IMG/VR virus record: IMGVR_UViG_3300032007_000001
Source of the DNA: a virus
Lineage: Duplodnaviria; Caudoviricetes
Strand: one strand, 5' to 3'
Length of the DNA stretch: 64,000 nucleotides
Shown: positions 38,874 to 48,415 of the stretch, one piece after another
How positions within the stretch are numbered: position 1 is the stretch's first letter
Layout of the letters: each line of letters begins with the position of its first letter
Program-made: the position numbers and the translations under genes
The notes under the pieces: model-generated
What the model saw: the letters and a program-made list of their open reading frames with translations, nothing else
What the model was told of the DNA's origin: nothing
Databases searched by the model: none

Positions 38874-39053
38874 TTAATTTTGTTGTTCTTGCTCTATTTG
38901 AATCCACATTGTATTCGGATCTTGTGGTTGTGTACTGCTAACAACAATCTTCATTACGCTATTATTTAAATCATCTATATCTTTTGATGTAGCGTTTTTC
39001 ACTATCTGAAATTTAGCCGTACCATAATTAATAATACTTTGATTGGATGACAT
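38874..39053 (-). CDS. small tail-associated protein (59 aa, not in ORF track)
   Basis: MSSNQ...IVVSSTQPQDPNTMWIQ motif typical of tail-fibre modules; AGGAG RBS. Confidence 0.55.
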   Translation of the reverse strand: MSSNQSIINYGTAKFQIVKNATSKDIDDLNNSVMKIVVSSTQPQDPNTMWIQIEQEQQN

Positions 39054-39064
39054 TTTTTCATCTC

Positions 39065-39496
39065 CTATTGATTATTTTCCCAATTGTCCATTTCTTCAAG
39101 ATTTTCTTCGCAAAAACCTTCAGATGTTGTATAATACACTTTTTTAATTCCGACAGATTTTATTAAATTAAAACATGCTGGGCATGGTCGACAAATTGCT
39201 ATTTTTTTATTTTTATCTTCTCTATATACATAAATCGAACACCCCTCTAAATTTGTCGTTCCAGCATGTATAATAGCAGAAATTTCAGCATGAATGAAAT
39301 GATGACATCTATCATCCAATTTTTTATTGAATTCGTTGTATTTTTTTTGTATTGGGTGTGTTTTATGCATATTTGTGCCACAGCTTATGACAGTATTTTT
39401 ATCAGTTATAACCGCACCAATACTAATACGTGGGTGATTTGATGTTTTTGATATTTCTTTTGCTAACTTAAAAAATTTCATATTTTTCTTATTCAT
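39065..39496 (-). CDS. cytidine/dCMP deaminase family protein
   Basis: IGAVI, HAEISAI, RPCPAC Zn motif. Confidence 0.85.
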   Translation of the reverse strand: MNKKNMKFFKLAKEISKTSNHPRISIGAVITDKNTVISCGTNMHKTHPIQKKYNEFNKKLDDRCHHFIHAEISAIIHAGTTNLEGCSIYVYREDKNKKIAICRPCPACFNLIKSVGIKKVYYTTSEGFCEENLEEMDNWENNQ

Positions 39497-39699
39497 AATT
39501 TTATTCTATTTGTTTTCTTCATATTTATTTTTCTAAATAGTATATACTTGGAGATGATAAAATGAAAGTATTGAATTTTTTATGTAAAGAAACCGATAAA
39601 TTCGTATCTAGTTCTTTTTTAATGTTTATCATTAAAGTATATGTTATTTATATTGTTGCGTCTTTTCTTAAAATAATTTTATATGATTGAGGAGAAATC

Positions 39700-39891
39700 A
39701 TGAAAAGATTAACAAAACTATTTACAAACAATGAAAAATATGGTAAAATATCTATTGGAAAATCAGATTTGACTGGTAATAATATTTGGTTTGCTGATGT
39801 AGAAGATTTTCTTTCATCTAATAATGAATGGAAAAAGTTATTAGACAAAAATCAATATGAAAGAGTTCTTATAAAAAGGATTATAAAGTAG
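39700..39891 (+). CDS. hypothetical protein (MKRLTK leader)
   Basis: GAGGAG RBS. Confidence 0.55.
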   Translation: MKRLTKLFTNNEKYGKISIGKSDLTGNNIWFADVEDFLSSNNEWKKLLDKNQYERVLIKRIIK

Positions 39892-39897
39892 AAAATC

Positions 39898-40341
39898 ATG
39901 GAACAACAGAAATTGAGCCCTAAAAAAATAGCATTATTAAAAAAATGGGCTTGGTATGACGAATTGGAAAAGGATGTAAGAGAAAGATTTTTGCCTTTTT
40001 TCAAAAATGAAGTTTATTCTTTGATTAAAAATAATCAGGTTCTTTGTTGCATGATGCCTCAAGATGTAGATTTACTTTATAGAATTACATCGGGTTATAC
40101 AAAAGATTCTCACCGTCGTATAGTTAGTGAATTTAATGAAGTTGATAATTCAAAAAAAGATTATGTCATTATTCGTTTTGATGTAGTATATAACGTTAAT
40201 GAAAAATCTCATTGGGCTTTGGAAAAAATAAATGATGAAGAATATATAATTCATTTATTTTTACAGGAAGATTGTTGCAGAAATGCGATTAAAAGAGCAA
40301 TTGTTGATTTTGCAACTGGTAATGATACTAAGGAGGATTAA
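39898..40341 (+). CDS. hypothetical protein
   Basis: 147-aa ORF in operon. Confidence 0.65.
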   Translation: MEQQKLSPKKIALLKKWAWYDELEKDVRERFLPFFKNEVYSLIKNNQVLCCMMPQDVDLLYRITSGYTKDSHRRIVSEFNEVDNSKKDYVIIRFDVVYNVNEKSHWALEKINDEEYIIHLFLQEDCCRNAIKRAIVDFATGNDTKED

Positions 40342-40343
40342 TT

Positions 40344-40502
40344 ATGAGCAAAGAATTCAATTTTGATGATTACAAGAAACAAATTGACGACATTAAGTTT
40401 GATATTCCAAGGTTTGAAAATCCAGATTGGTTTGCAAAACAAACTGTAAATGATTTTCCAGCCGAAACAGAAGATGTAACGATTAGATGGGAATGTCATT
40501 GA
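40344..40502 (+). CDS. small hypothetical protein (52 aa, not in ORF track)
   Basis: AAGGAGG RBS; MSKEFNFDDYKKQ...WECH*. Confidence 0.55.
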   Translation: MSKEFNFDDYKKQIDDIKFDIPRFENPDWFAKQTVNDFPAETEDVTIRWECH

Positions 40503-40609
40503 TGGATTTGCTCATGACATCTGTTTTTTCAGTTATTATCATTTCCTGTATTTTTTGTGGAATGTTTTTTTACAATAGAAGCAAATATTGAAAGAAAGAG
40601 AGAGAAATC

Positions 40610-41251
40610 ATGTTTGAAAATTTGTTTGAAAAAAGCAATATCACTGTAATGCTTGGTGGATTGCCAGGTTCTGGTAAGTCTTTCATTGCAAAACAATTTG
40701 AGAATCATGGTTTTCTTGTTATTTGTAAAGATACAATAAGGTATGAAATGGCTCGGCGTATTTTTGGAGATAAGCCAGAGCCTCTTTTTGATGATGAACT
40801 TGTGAGTATGGGAAGATTTGTACACCCAGTACTTAAAGATATAATTGAATCTTTTATTGCAAAAACTCCTGTTTTTACGCATGTTGATGAAAAGATAAAA
40901 AATCAAAAACATAATAAGTTTGCAAAAGAATACATCAAATCAATTGATTATAATAAATATAAATCAATTGTTCTTGACGCTACTCACTTTAATAAATCTC
41001 AACGTAAGCCTATGATTGATAATATCAATGAAAGAATGGATATATATTGCATATACATTAGCAAAAACGTTAATGACTCTTACAATGGCGTTCAAAAACG
41101 AGTAGCTTCTGTTGTTGGAATATATAATGGAGAAGAAGTTCATGGAAGAGATGTTCCAAGGAATGTATTGGAAGATATGCATAAATATGAAAGTTTGCCA
41201 TATAAATCAGAAGGTTTCAAAGAAGTATATATCATAGAAAACAAATTTTAA
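40610..41251 (+). CDS. polynucleotide-kinase-like P-loop kinase (AAA_33)
   Basis: MLGGLPGSGKS, KDTIR, VLDATH...QR, R..GRDVP, P...EGF. Confidence 0.8.
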   Translation: MFENLFEKSNITVMLGGLPGSGKSFIAKQFENHGFLVICKDTIRYEMARRIFGDKPEPLFDDELVSMGRFVHPVLKDIIESFIAKTPVFTHVDEKIKNQKHNKFAKEYIKSIDYNKYKSIVLDATHFNKSQRKPMIDNINERMDIYCIYISKNVNDSYNGVQKRVASVVGIYNGEEVHGRDVPRNVLEDMHKYESLPYKSEGFKEVYIIENKF

Positions 41252-41254
41252 GTT

Positions 41255-41548
41255 TTGTTAGCTGGTGATAATATGATAGAATCAAGAAATGTTGTAGACA
41301 TTTTTAAGAACGCCCCAGAAGGAACTTTTGTGCCTGAATTTTTTAAAGAAAAGTCTGAAGTAAAAGTCCGCCCAGCGTTTATTGACATCTCGGTTGTTTG
41401 TATGAGATGCGGGAATGTTTTGTATAGCGGATGCTATGAAAAAGGCATTATTGGAAAACTGAAGAAAAAAATCAAAAAAGCGAAATGGGTGCACCACTCA
41501 GAAGAAGGGACACTTTGTCCTGACTGTTTTAATGCAATTTCAAAATAA
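41255..41548 (+). CDS. small Zn-ribbon protein
   Basis: CMRCG...LCPDC. Confidence 0.6.
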   Translation: MLAGDNMIESRNVVDIFKNAPEGTFVPEFFKEKSEVKVRPAFIDISVVCMRCGNVLYSGCYEKGIIGKLKKKIKKAKWVHHSEEGTLCPDCFNAISK

Positions 41549-41584
41549 ATTAATTTTAAGCTGGACAATGTCCAGCTTTTTGTA

Positions 41585-41965
41585 TTGAAAGGAGAAAACA
41601 TTATGAACCAGACATTTATCTCAACGCCGTATCACACAATTCCCAAGGATAAAATTCTTTCTATTTCTGTTGGGACAGATGACAAAAATCCAGATTTGTG
41701 TGCATTAATGGCACATATGATTAATGGACAATCTATTATGTTTCTTGCAGCTTCACATATTTCCATTGTGCATGACCTAAAAAGAATTATAGAAGAACAT
41801 TGGGAACAACATATTTTTGTAGACCAATTTTTACCAACCATTGTCAATAACGTAAAAGAAAAAAACCAAAATCGGCCCATTGTTTATAGCTATATTTCGG
41901 AAGACCACCTCGTTCATTTATACGAAAAAGAAAAGAAACGTATAGAGGAGGAATCTAAGAAATGA
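41585..41965 (+). CDS. hypothetical protein
   Basis: AAGGAG RBS, likely start ATG 41603. Confidence 0.65.
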   Translation: MKGENIMNQTFISTPYHTIPKDKILSISVGTDDKNPDLCALMAHMINGQSIMFLAASHISIVHDLKRIIEEHWEQHIFVDQFLPTIVNNVKEKNQNRPIVYSYISEDHLVHLYEKEKKRIEEESKK

Positions 41966-42654
41966 AAACTGTGCAAGAAACGTTAAAAAACATTGATAGG
42001 TCAAAACTTATCAGTGAAGTTTATGACAGACATCATACTCCTTTATATGAATTGGAAAAAAGAATAAAAGACGATGAAAAACAAAGAACTGTCATTGAGA
42101 TTATTGAACGATTTAAGAAGATTTACAATAACTTCATTGACAGATTGATTTCTTTGCCAATTCAAAAAATGAAAAATAATGACAATGGAATCTTTTTTGT
42201 TCACGATAAATATGATACTAATTTCGATAATAATGAATTTGCATTAGTATATATCAACGAATTAAAAGAAAAAGGCGTTGACGCACAAAGCTACGCTTTT
42301 GAATTTGTAAAACAAGAAGAGATTGTAGGATATTTGATTAGCGATTCAAAATATACGCAGGATAATTTATATGAACTGCTTGCCTTTATTCTTGACGAAG
42401 CTTCTTTCTTTGGTTTTGAAAATGAAAAACTTGAAGAAGAGCAAAGGAAATTGGAAGAAAGCTTAAAAGAAATAGAAGAAGGAAAAGCAAAATTACTTAG
42501 TGCACAAGAAGTCTTCAAGGAATTTGATATGGATTTTGAAGATGAAAATGATGAAGAAAAAGATGAAGCTTCAAGAAAATGCGCAGAAGCAATTTACGAA
42601 TACGGGAAAATCTTTTTCAAACGAGAAATCAATCACATTTTAGAGCAAATATAA
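41962..42654 (+). CDS. hypothetical protein
   Basis: 230-aa ORF with GAGGAGG RBS. Confidence 0.7.
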   Translation: MKTVQETLKNIDRSKLISEVYDRHHTPLYELEKRIKDDEKQRTVIEIIERFKKIYNNFIDRLISLPIQKMKNNDNGIFFVHDKYDTNFDNNEFALVYINELKEKGVDAQSYAFEFVKQEEIVGYLISDSKYTQDNLYELLAFILDEASFFGFENEKLEEEQRKLEESLKEIEEGKAKLLSAQEVFKEFDMDFEDENDEEKDEASRKCAEAIYEYGKIFFKREINHILEQI

Positions 42655-42668
42655 GGGAGATTTGTAAT

Positions 42669-43094
42669 GTGGAAAAATTAGTTCCTATACAATATGATGA
42701 AAAACTTACAGAATTTAATTTAGAAGAAAATAAAAATTGTGATGATAGGATTGAAACACTATTAATATTACATGATTATGATTGGATGAACTACAAATTT
42801 ATTACAATTTTGCCAACAAAAAAACAAGGATATTTGAAAGTAGAGATAGAGTATTTTGGAACATCCACATCAATTATGAAGGTTTGGCAAACAATTAATG
42901 AAAAAGTATATATACACGAAATTGATTTTGATGCTTATATTTTTATCGATTTTGTAAAAGATTATATGACAAAGCATATTCAAAATTGGGAAGATACATA
43001 CGCTTTTTGTGGCGAAAAAGAAGCAATTGAAATTTTCAATAAAATTTTGAACAATGTAAAAAATTATAAATTAGTAGAAGATAGCGATGATTAA
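42669..43094 (+). CDS. hypothetical protein
   Basis: in-frame GTG 42669 after GGGAG; the ORF track extends it to 42579. Confidence 0.6.
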   Translation: MEKLVPIQYDEKLTEFNLEENKNCDDRIETLLILHDYDWMNYKFITILPTKKQGYLKVEIEYFGTSTSIMKVWQTINEKVYIHEIDFDAYIFIDFVKDYMTKHIQNWEDTYAFCGEKEAIEIFNKILNNVKNYKLVEDSDD

Positions 43095-43145
43095 ACGAAT
43101 TGACAAAAACTATTTTTTTATAGATGATATTTTAAGGAGTGAAAA

Positions 43146-43664
43146 TTGATGAGCTATTTGATGAAGAAAACAGCAGAACCAAAAGGAGAAAGAATTTCAA
43201 TTGATGAAAAATGGGATTTAGATACAGCTCTTCTTAAAGATAATATTGACTATTATATGGACCCATATAATATCGACAATAATGATTATGCTATAAAGGA
43301 TGTTTTCGAAGGTGCGGAAGCAGCTGGTATCGATATCGGAAAACTTGGCAAATGCGAATATATCGTTTTAATGGAAAACGTTGAAAACATTTTGGATAAA
43401 TCATATAATACTTTGGAAATCATAAAAATGATTAAAGAAGGAGAAATCGATATCGACCCAGACGATAAATACGTTATGGTAGTATATGAACCAAGCCGTA
43501 AATATGTTTCGTCTAGCGACATTTACGATAAACTCCCTGAAATCAAAAGTAAGTTTTTCGATTTTCTTGTAAAGAAAGCAAAATCAGGAGAAATCGATGA
43601 TATGAATAAATATGACATAACATCATATATTGTCGATGCGTCTTTAGTACAAAAAGAGGATTAA
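43146..43664 (+). CDS. hypothetical acidic protein (YLMKKTA leader)
   Basis: AAGGAG RBS. Confidence 0.7.
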   Translation: MMSYLMKKTAEPKGERISIDEKWDLDTALLKDNIDYYMDPYNIDNNDYAIKDVFEGAEAAGIDIGKLGKCEYIVLMENVENILDKSYNTLEIIKMIKEGEIDIDPDDKYVMVVYEPSRKYVSSSDIYDKLPEIKSKFFDFLVKKAKSGEIDDMNKYDITSYIVDASLVQKED

Positions 43665-43667
43665 AAA

Positions 43668-44372
43668 ATGAAGTTTGATGAATTAAGCGAAAGTGCAAAA
43701 GAAAAAGCAATTAATGATTTAGTTAATTTCTATACAAACATGGTTGTAACTTATGGTGATAAAACGTTAGAAAACAATTGGTGTTTTAGCGTTTTGGATG
43801 ATTTTGTAACAACGCAAAAAGAAACGTATGGATTTGCTGTAGATAAAGAGAAAATAAGTTTTGACGTAAGTGACCCAGCTGGCGGAGATAATTACGCAGA
43901 ATTTGAAATACCAAATAAAATACCAGCAGCAATGTTCGAATTTATTTTTAAGCAACTTTCTTCCGTTACAAGAAAAAAAGAAGAAAAACAAAAAATAATG
44001 AATTTGCTTAATGAATCTCCAATAGAAGGCGTTTTTGGAAATCAAAAAGCAAATTCAAGAGAGAAAAATCATATATCTTTGAATTGGGAAATTTTTGAAG
44101 ATAAGATAGATACATTAGACCCAGAAGTATATGAACCGGAAGTTGCAATATCTCAAAAAACTTTCGACAAATTGAATGATAAATTTATCGATATACAAGA
44201 TTCTACAGAAGAAAAATTCACAGATTTGTTTAATGGTTTGGCAATAAGTTTGCTGAGCAATTTAGAAAAAGAAATAGAAAGTTTATATGAGAATGCTAAA
44301 AATTCAGCAAAAGAATATGATTATGATGAAAAAGGAAATATCATTCCAGTTGATATGAGAGAAGTTATTTAA
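43668..44372 (+). CDS. hypothetical acidic protein
   Basis: MKFDELSESAKEKAI N-terminus; GAGG RBS. Confidence 0.7.
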   Translation: MKFDELSESAKEKAINDLVNFYTNMVVTYGDKTLENNWCFSVLDDFVTTQKETYGFAVDKEKISFDVSDPAGGDNYAEFEIPNKIPAAMFEFIFKQLSSVTRKKEEKQKIMNLLNESPIEGVFGNQKANSREKNHISLNWEIFEDKIDTLDPEVYEPEVAISQKTFDKLNDKFIDIQDSTEEKFTDLFNGLAISLLSNLEKEIESLYENAKNSAKEYDYDEKGNIIPVDMREVI

Positions 44373-44376
44373 GTTA

Positions 44377-44405
44377 TTTACATTTCTATATTTGTGTGGT
44401 ACAAT
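44377..44405 (+). promoter_or_regulatory. sigma70-type promoter for a 26-aa ORF
   Basis: TTTACA, 17 bp, TG-G-TACAAT. Confidence 0.65.
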
Positions 44406-44441
44406 ATATTTGTATGAGCAGTGAGGAAAGGAGGAGAATCA

Positions 44442-44522
44442 ATGGAATATAATAGAGAAGATTTGGAATTGATTCGTTCTGGTGTACCTTTGGAAATTGT
44501 ATTGATGATTAAAAGGAAATAA
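44442..44522 (+). CDS. 26-aa microprotein MEYNREDLELIRSGVPLEIVLMIKRK
   Basis: AAAGGAGG RBS, own promoter and terminator. Confidence 0.6.
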   Translation: MEYNREDLELIRSGVPLEIVLMIKRK

Positions 44523-44550
44523 AAAAGAGAGGCTATAAAGCCTCTCTTTT
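44523..44550. terminator. bidirectional intrinsic terminator
   Basis: AAAGAGAGGC-tataaa-GCCTCTCTTT. Confidence 0.8.
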
Positions 44551-44551
44551 A

Positions 44552-45319
44552 TTATGCAGATTTTCTTTCGTAATGTTTTTTGTAGTAAAGAGATTTTAGA
44601 ATTTCTGATAATCCTTCTTTTTCTCTCATCTTCTTAAATCTCATGTAAATGTTTGAAGGACTAATCCCAGTCTTTTCTGAAATTTCCTTTACCGAATACC
44701 CATCAACTGTCATATTTACTATGACTTTTTCTTCGCTGTCAAGCTTCGGTAAAATGTTTGACTTCAGAATTGATTTGAATAATACATCATCCATTGTATC
44801 TTCAAATTTCTTATCCTCAATGACATTTTCTACTGTAACGTCCATGTCTTGCATCATTGAATTTAATGAAATTTCGCCTTGCTCGTTTTTTCTCTTTTTG
44901 GAATTGTTACGAATCTGAATCATTCCAACGTGATTCTGCGCCGCCGTCCACAGCAACGTATTAAAACAGCTGGAACCTCCTGCTTCGTATTTGTCGATGC
45001 AATGTAATAACACCATTGCCAATTCCTGAACAAGGTCTTCATTGTTGTACTTTGCTGCTACATAACCGAACTTCTTTTTGTAGTGGTTATATAGGAAATT
45101 AAATGCTTCTTTACATCCACACTTAAAATCCTCAACAGCTTGTTCTAAAGTGGGCTTCTTAAATTTTAGCGCTGAAATAATTGCTTTTTCAGCATCATCC
45201 ATGAGCTTTGGCAAATCCATGTAGGTAATACAGTCGTCTTCGTCAAAAGAGTTTCTGGTAATCTTTACCGGAAACTCATTGTAAACTATGACGTCATCAG
45301 AGGATAAAGCTACGTCCAT
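44552..45319 (-). CDS. RNA polymerase sigma factor (sigma70 family, regions 2 and 4)
   Basis: AFNFLYNHY...EDLVQE..MVLLHCIDKY...FNTLLW; DGYSVKEISEKTGISPSNIY HTH. Confidence 0.82.
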   Translation of the reverse strand: MDVALSSDDVIVYNEFPVKITRNSFDEDDCITYMDLPKLMDDAEKAIISALKFKKPTLEQAVEDFKCGCKEAFNFLYNHYKKKFGYVAAKYNNEDLVQELAMVLLHCIDKYEAGGSSCFNTLLWTAAQNHVGMIQIRNNSKKRKNEQGEISLNSMMQDMDVTVENVIEDKKFEDTMDDVLFKSILKSNILPKLDSEEKVIVNMTVDGYSVKEISEKTGISPSNIYMRFKKMREKEGLSEILKSLYYKKHYERKSA

Positions 45320-45664
45320 TTTTCCACCCGACTTTCTTATAAGATAAATTATTTTATTAGGAAAAAACGTCCTCGTTTTTTTAATTTCAAATTTTTTATT
45401 TTCTAATTTTTTTATCTATTTGATAATTAAAAAAACTTTTGCGAACATTTTTTCCTCCCCGAAACTTATATTACCACTAAATTTTAAAAGTGGGAACCAC
45501 TGTATATCAGTTTTTTCTATCGAATAAGTTATTTATTTTTTCAAGGTCGATTTCTTCTTTCTTTTTCGGCTCTAACATGATTTCAAGCCATTCTGGAACT
45601 TTATCATTATTTGGGTTTTGAGAATTCCAAACATTTCCAGTGATTTGTTGATTTACAGTTTCCA

Positions 45665-46318
45665 CTATTTTGAATCTCCTTCCTGTTCTTCGGTTTCTTC
45701 TTCATTATTTTCTTCTTGATTTTCATCATTGTCATTATTGTTAGAATTTTCTTCGATTTCTTTACTATTTTCTTCTTCAACGTTTTCTTCGTTTCTCATG
45801 TCAACGACGTCTTCATTCATATCGTTAATGTCATCAAGCAATTGATTCTCAATTTCGTGCGTTTCTTCTGTGTTTTCGAGAGTTTCTATAGCTTCATCAT
45901 ATGGTAATTCTCTTTCATCAACTTGCTCATTTTCTGTTTCTTCTATAATTTCGTCAATGTTAGGTAAAGTCGGAATCATGTGGTCTTGCGGTTGTTCGTG
46001 TTCTTTTTCTATAGTTACTTCATTTTGTTCTTCTTGTGGTTGATTGTAAGCATTAATAATACTATCATCTACCATGACCTGAAGCAATCTATCAAACCGG
46101 TAAGACCTAATTGACCCGTCCGGTTTATAACACATCAACAATAAATTGTTGTCTTTACTAACACTCCACCCATAAGCTAGTGCTTCACGAAATCCACTTC
46201 CTTCATATTCAACATGAATAGGAATATTGTTTGCCATAGAATCTGTTATAAATTGTATAGCTTGGTCTCCTAATCCAACACTTACATATTCAGCTAATTT
46301 TTTTCTCATTTTTATCAC
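45665..46318 (-). CDS. WYL-like domain protein with a long acidic tail
   Basis: IHVEY..GFREALAYGW....LLLMCY...IRSYRFDRL; Glu/Asn-rich C-terminal half. Confidence 0.6.
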   Translation of the reverse strand: MIKMRKKLAEYVSVGLGDQAIQFITDSMANNIPIHVEYEGSGFREALAYGWSVSKDNNLLLMCYKPDGSIRSYRFDRLLQVMVDDSIINAYNQPQEEQNEVTIEKEHEQPQDHMIPTLPNIDEIIEETENEQVDERELPYDEAIETLENTEETHEIENQLLDDINDMNEDVVDMRNEENVEEENSKEIEENSNNNDNDENQEENNEEETEEQEGDSK

Positions 46319-46464
46319 ACTTCTTTGATTGTTTTTCTTCGCCAGTAATCATTGAAATAAATGAATTTTCTCCAATTTCTTGTTTTATGAAATTATATGT
46401 ATTACTATTTTCTGCTATGCTATTTAAGTATTTATCTATATCTTTCATTAATTAATTCCCTTCT

Positions 46465-47214
46465 TTATGAATAAATATTTTTACTTTTATTGTTATCTAT
46501 ATATTGAAAAACTGGTCTAAAACAAAAATTTGCATCACATAAAACATCAAATTTAACTGAATGAGAATTATTAGTATGAAAATAAATTATATTTGACGAT
46601 AATGTAAATTTTTTATTTGCAAAATTTTTTTCAATTAATAAATTACTATCATCAACAAAAAAATATTTACATGTTACACCAGTATATTGACTTTTTGCAT
46701 ATAATGCTACATATGCACTAAAATGTATTACAACGTTACAAACAGATAATTTATTATTATTAATAATTTCTAAATTTTTATTACCAAAATTATATGTTTG
46801 ATAATATGGACTACCTTGTCCATTTCCAGGGAAATATTGTTTATTTAATTTACGTAATTCTTCCGGTATATACGGGTCAACACTATTTGCTGGATAACCA
46901 TACCAATCACTGGAAACAAAAAATGTATTTGAAGAATCACAACATTTATCATAATGCCATGAATTAATATCATATTTTGTTATAGCACCATTTAATGTAT
47001 TATTTCTAATAAATGCGTTATATTCATTTTTAGATAAAGTTCTTATTAAAATATTTAACTTACTAATTTGATTATTGTTTATATTTGAATTGATAATAGA
47101 ATTTTTTATATTTAATAATTCCGGCGGGAATTCTGTATTTAATATTTCATTATATAATTCATCTGAAATTATATGCGACATATAAACAGCCCCTATAAAA
47201 AGGAAAGACGACAA
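46465..47214 (-). CDS. variable-core paralogue family member 4
   Basis: HIISDELYNEIL...IRTLSKNEYN..NNTLNGAIT...NSWH and FRPVFQYIDNNKSKNIYS. Confidence 0.75.
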   Translation of the reverse strand: MSSFLFIGAVYMSHIISDELYNEILNTEFPPELLNIKNSIINSNINNNQISKLNILIRTLSKNEYNAFIRNNTLNGAITKYDINSWHYDKCCDSSNTFFVSSDWYGYPANSVDPYIPEELRKLNKQYFPGNGQGSPYYQTYNFGNKNLEIINNNKLSVCNVVIHFSAYVALYAKSQYTGVTCKYFFVDDSNLLIEKNFANKKFTLSSNIIYFHTNNSHSVKFDVLCDANFCFRPVFQYIDNNKSKNIYS

Positions 47215-47383
47215 GTCTTACTTTGTACTATGTAAATTCTCAACGTATGAATATATTCACAATCAATATATTTTTATATGTACACTCTAAAAACTTTATA
47301 TTGTGACGGTCACATACATCTTATTTTACCCTTCTAAAGTATGATTGCCTCTTTCATCTAATTTATATATGTAATATTAAAGA

Positions 47384-48331
47384 TTATAATTGTTTTTCTG
47401 TTTTCATTATCAAATTTTCCATAAATTCGTAAATATCTTTGCAATAGAAGTTACTTACGCCGGCAGCAAAACCGTGTCCACCGCCACCAAACTCTTCCAT
47501 TATTTTCCCGACATTAATCTTTTCACTTCTCGCCTTGATAGAGATTCTTTTTTTGTTTTGTATAATAAGATACATTACGTCAATTTCTCTGACGTTCTTG
47601 AGTATATCTATGATATGAGATGCATCATTAAATGTAGAATCGCTGTCACATATTTCTTCTTTTGTTATGATAAGATAAGCGATTCTTGTTTTTGGATTGT
47701 ATACCAATTTATTGAAAACTTTTCCAATCAATTTTAATACTGATACATTATATTTTTCGATATCGTTAATCAAAGTAATATCTGCTTTATAATGCATAAG
47801 TTCTGATGCCATCTGATGTATGTCAAAAGAATCATTATATATACGAAAATTATTCGTGTCTCCTCTTATTGATAAGAGTAAACATGTAGCTATATATGAT
47901 GTAATTTCAAAATTCAATTCTTTGAGTAATTGATAAATCAATACGCCTGTCGCTTGGACATTTTCTCTCCAAATGATATCGCCTTCTTTACTATCACTTA
48001 TATGATGGTCTATGACGATAATTTTTTCTCCCAATTCATTGCAGTTTATATACTTAATTCTGTCAAAATATGAACAATCCAAAACGAATACTAAATCAAA
48101 AGTTTCGTTCTTTTTAGGGAGTCTTTTTGTACATGAATCTTTTACTATTTTCTTAAAAGAATCATTTAATGTGGTTTGTATTACGTGCGTTACATTTTTA
48201 TTATATTGGAGAAGCGCTTCTTTTAAGGCCAATGATGAGCCTAATGCATCTGCATCTGGTCCATCATGGCTGATGATGCAAATGTTTTTTGCATTATCGA
48301 TGCATTGCTTTATTTTTTCTATAGTTTGCAT
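47384..48331 (-). CDS. nrnA: DHH/DHHA1 phosphoesterase (nanoRNase/PAP phosphatase)
   Basis: SHDGPDADALGS, VLDCS, IDHH, GDTNNF, GGGGHGFAAG. Confidence 0.88.
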   Translation of the reverse strand: MQTIEKIKQCIDNAKNICIISHDGPDADALGSSLALKEALLQYNKNVTHVIQTTLNDSFKKIVKDSCTKRLPKKNETFDLVFVLDCSYFDRIKYINCNELGEKIIVIDHHISDSKEGDIIWRENVQATGVLIYQLLKELNFEITSYIATCLLLSIRGDTNNFRIYNDSFDIHQMASELMHYKADITLINDIEKYNVSVLKLIGKVFNKLVYNPKTRIAYLIITKEEICDSDSTFNDASHIIDILKNVREIDVMYLIIQNKKRISIKARSEKINVGKIMEEFGGGGHGFAAGVSNFYCKDIYEFMENLIMKTEKQL

Positions 48332-48415
48332 GAGCGATATCTTTCCTTGTAAATAATAAAAAATAATCTATTTACAAAATATCACTACTGCTTATATTTA
48401 TAAAAAAGGTGAGGA

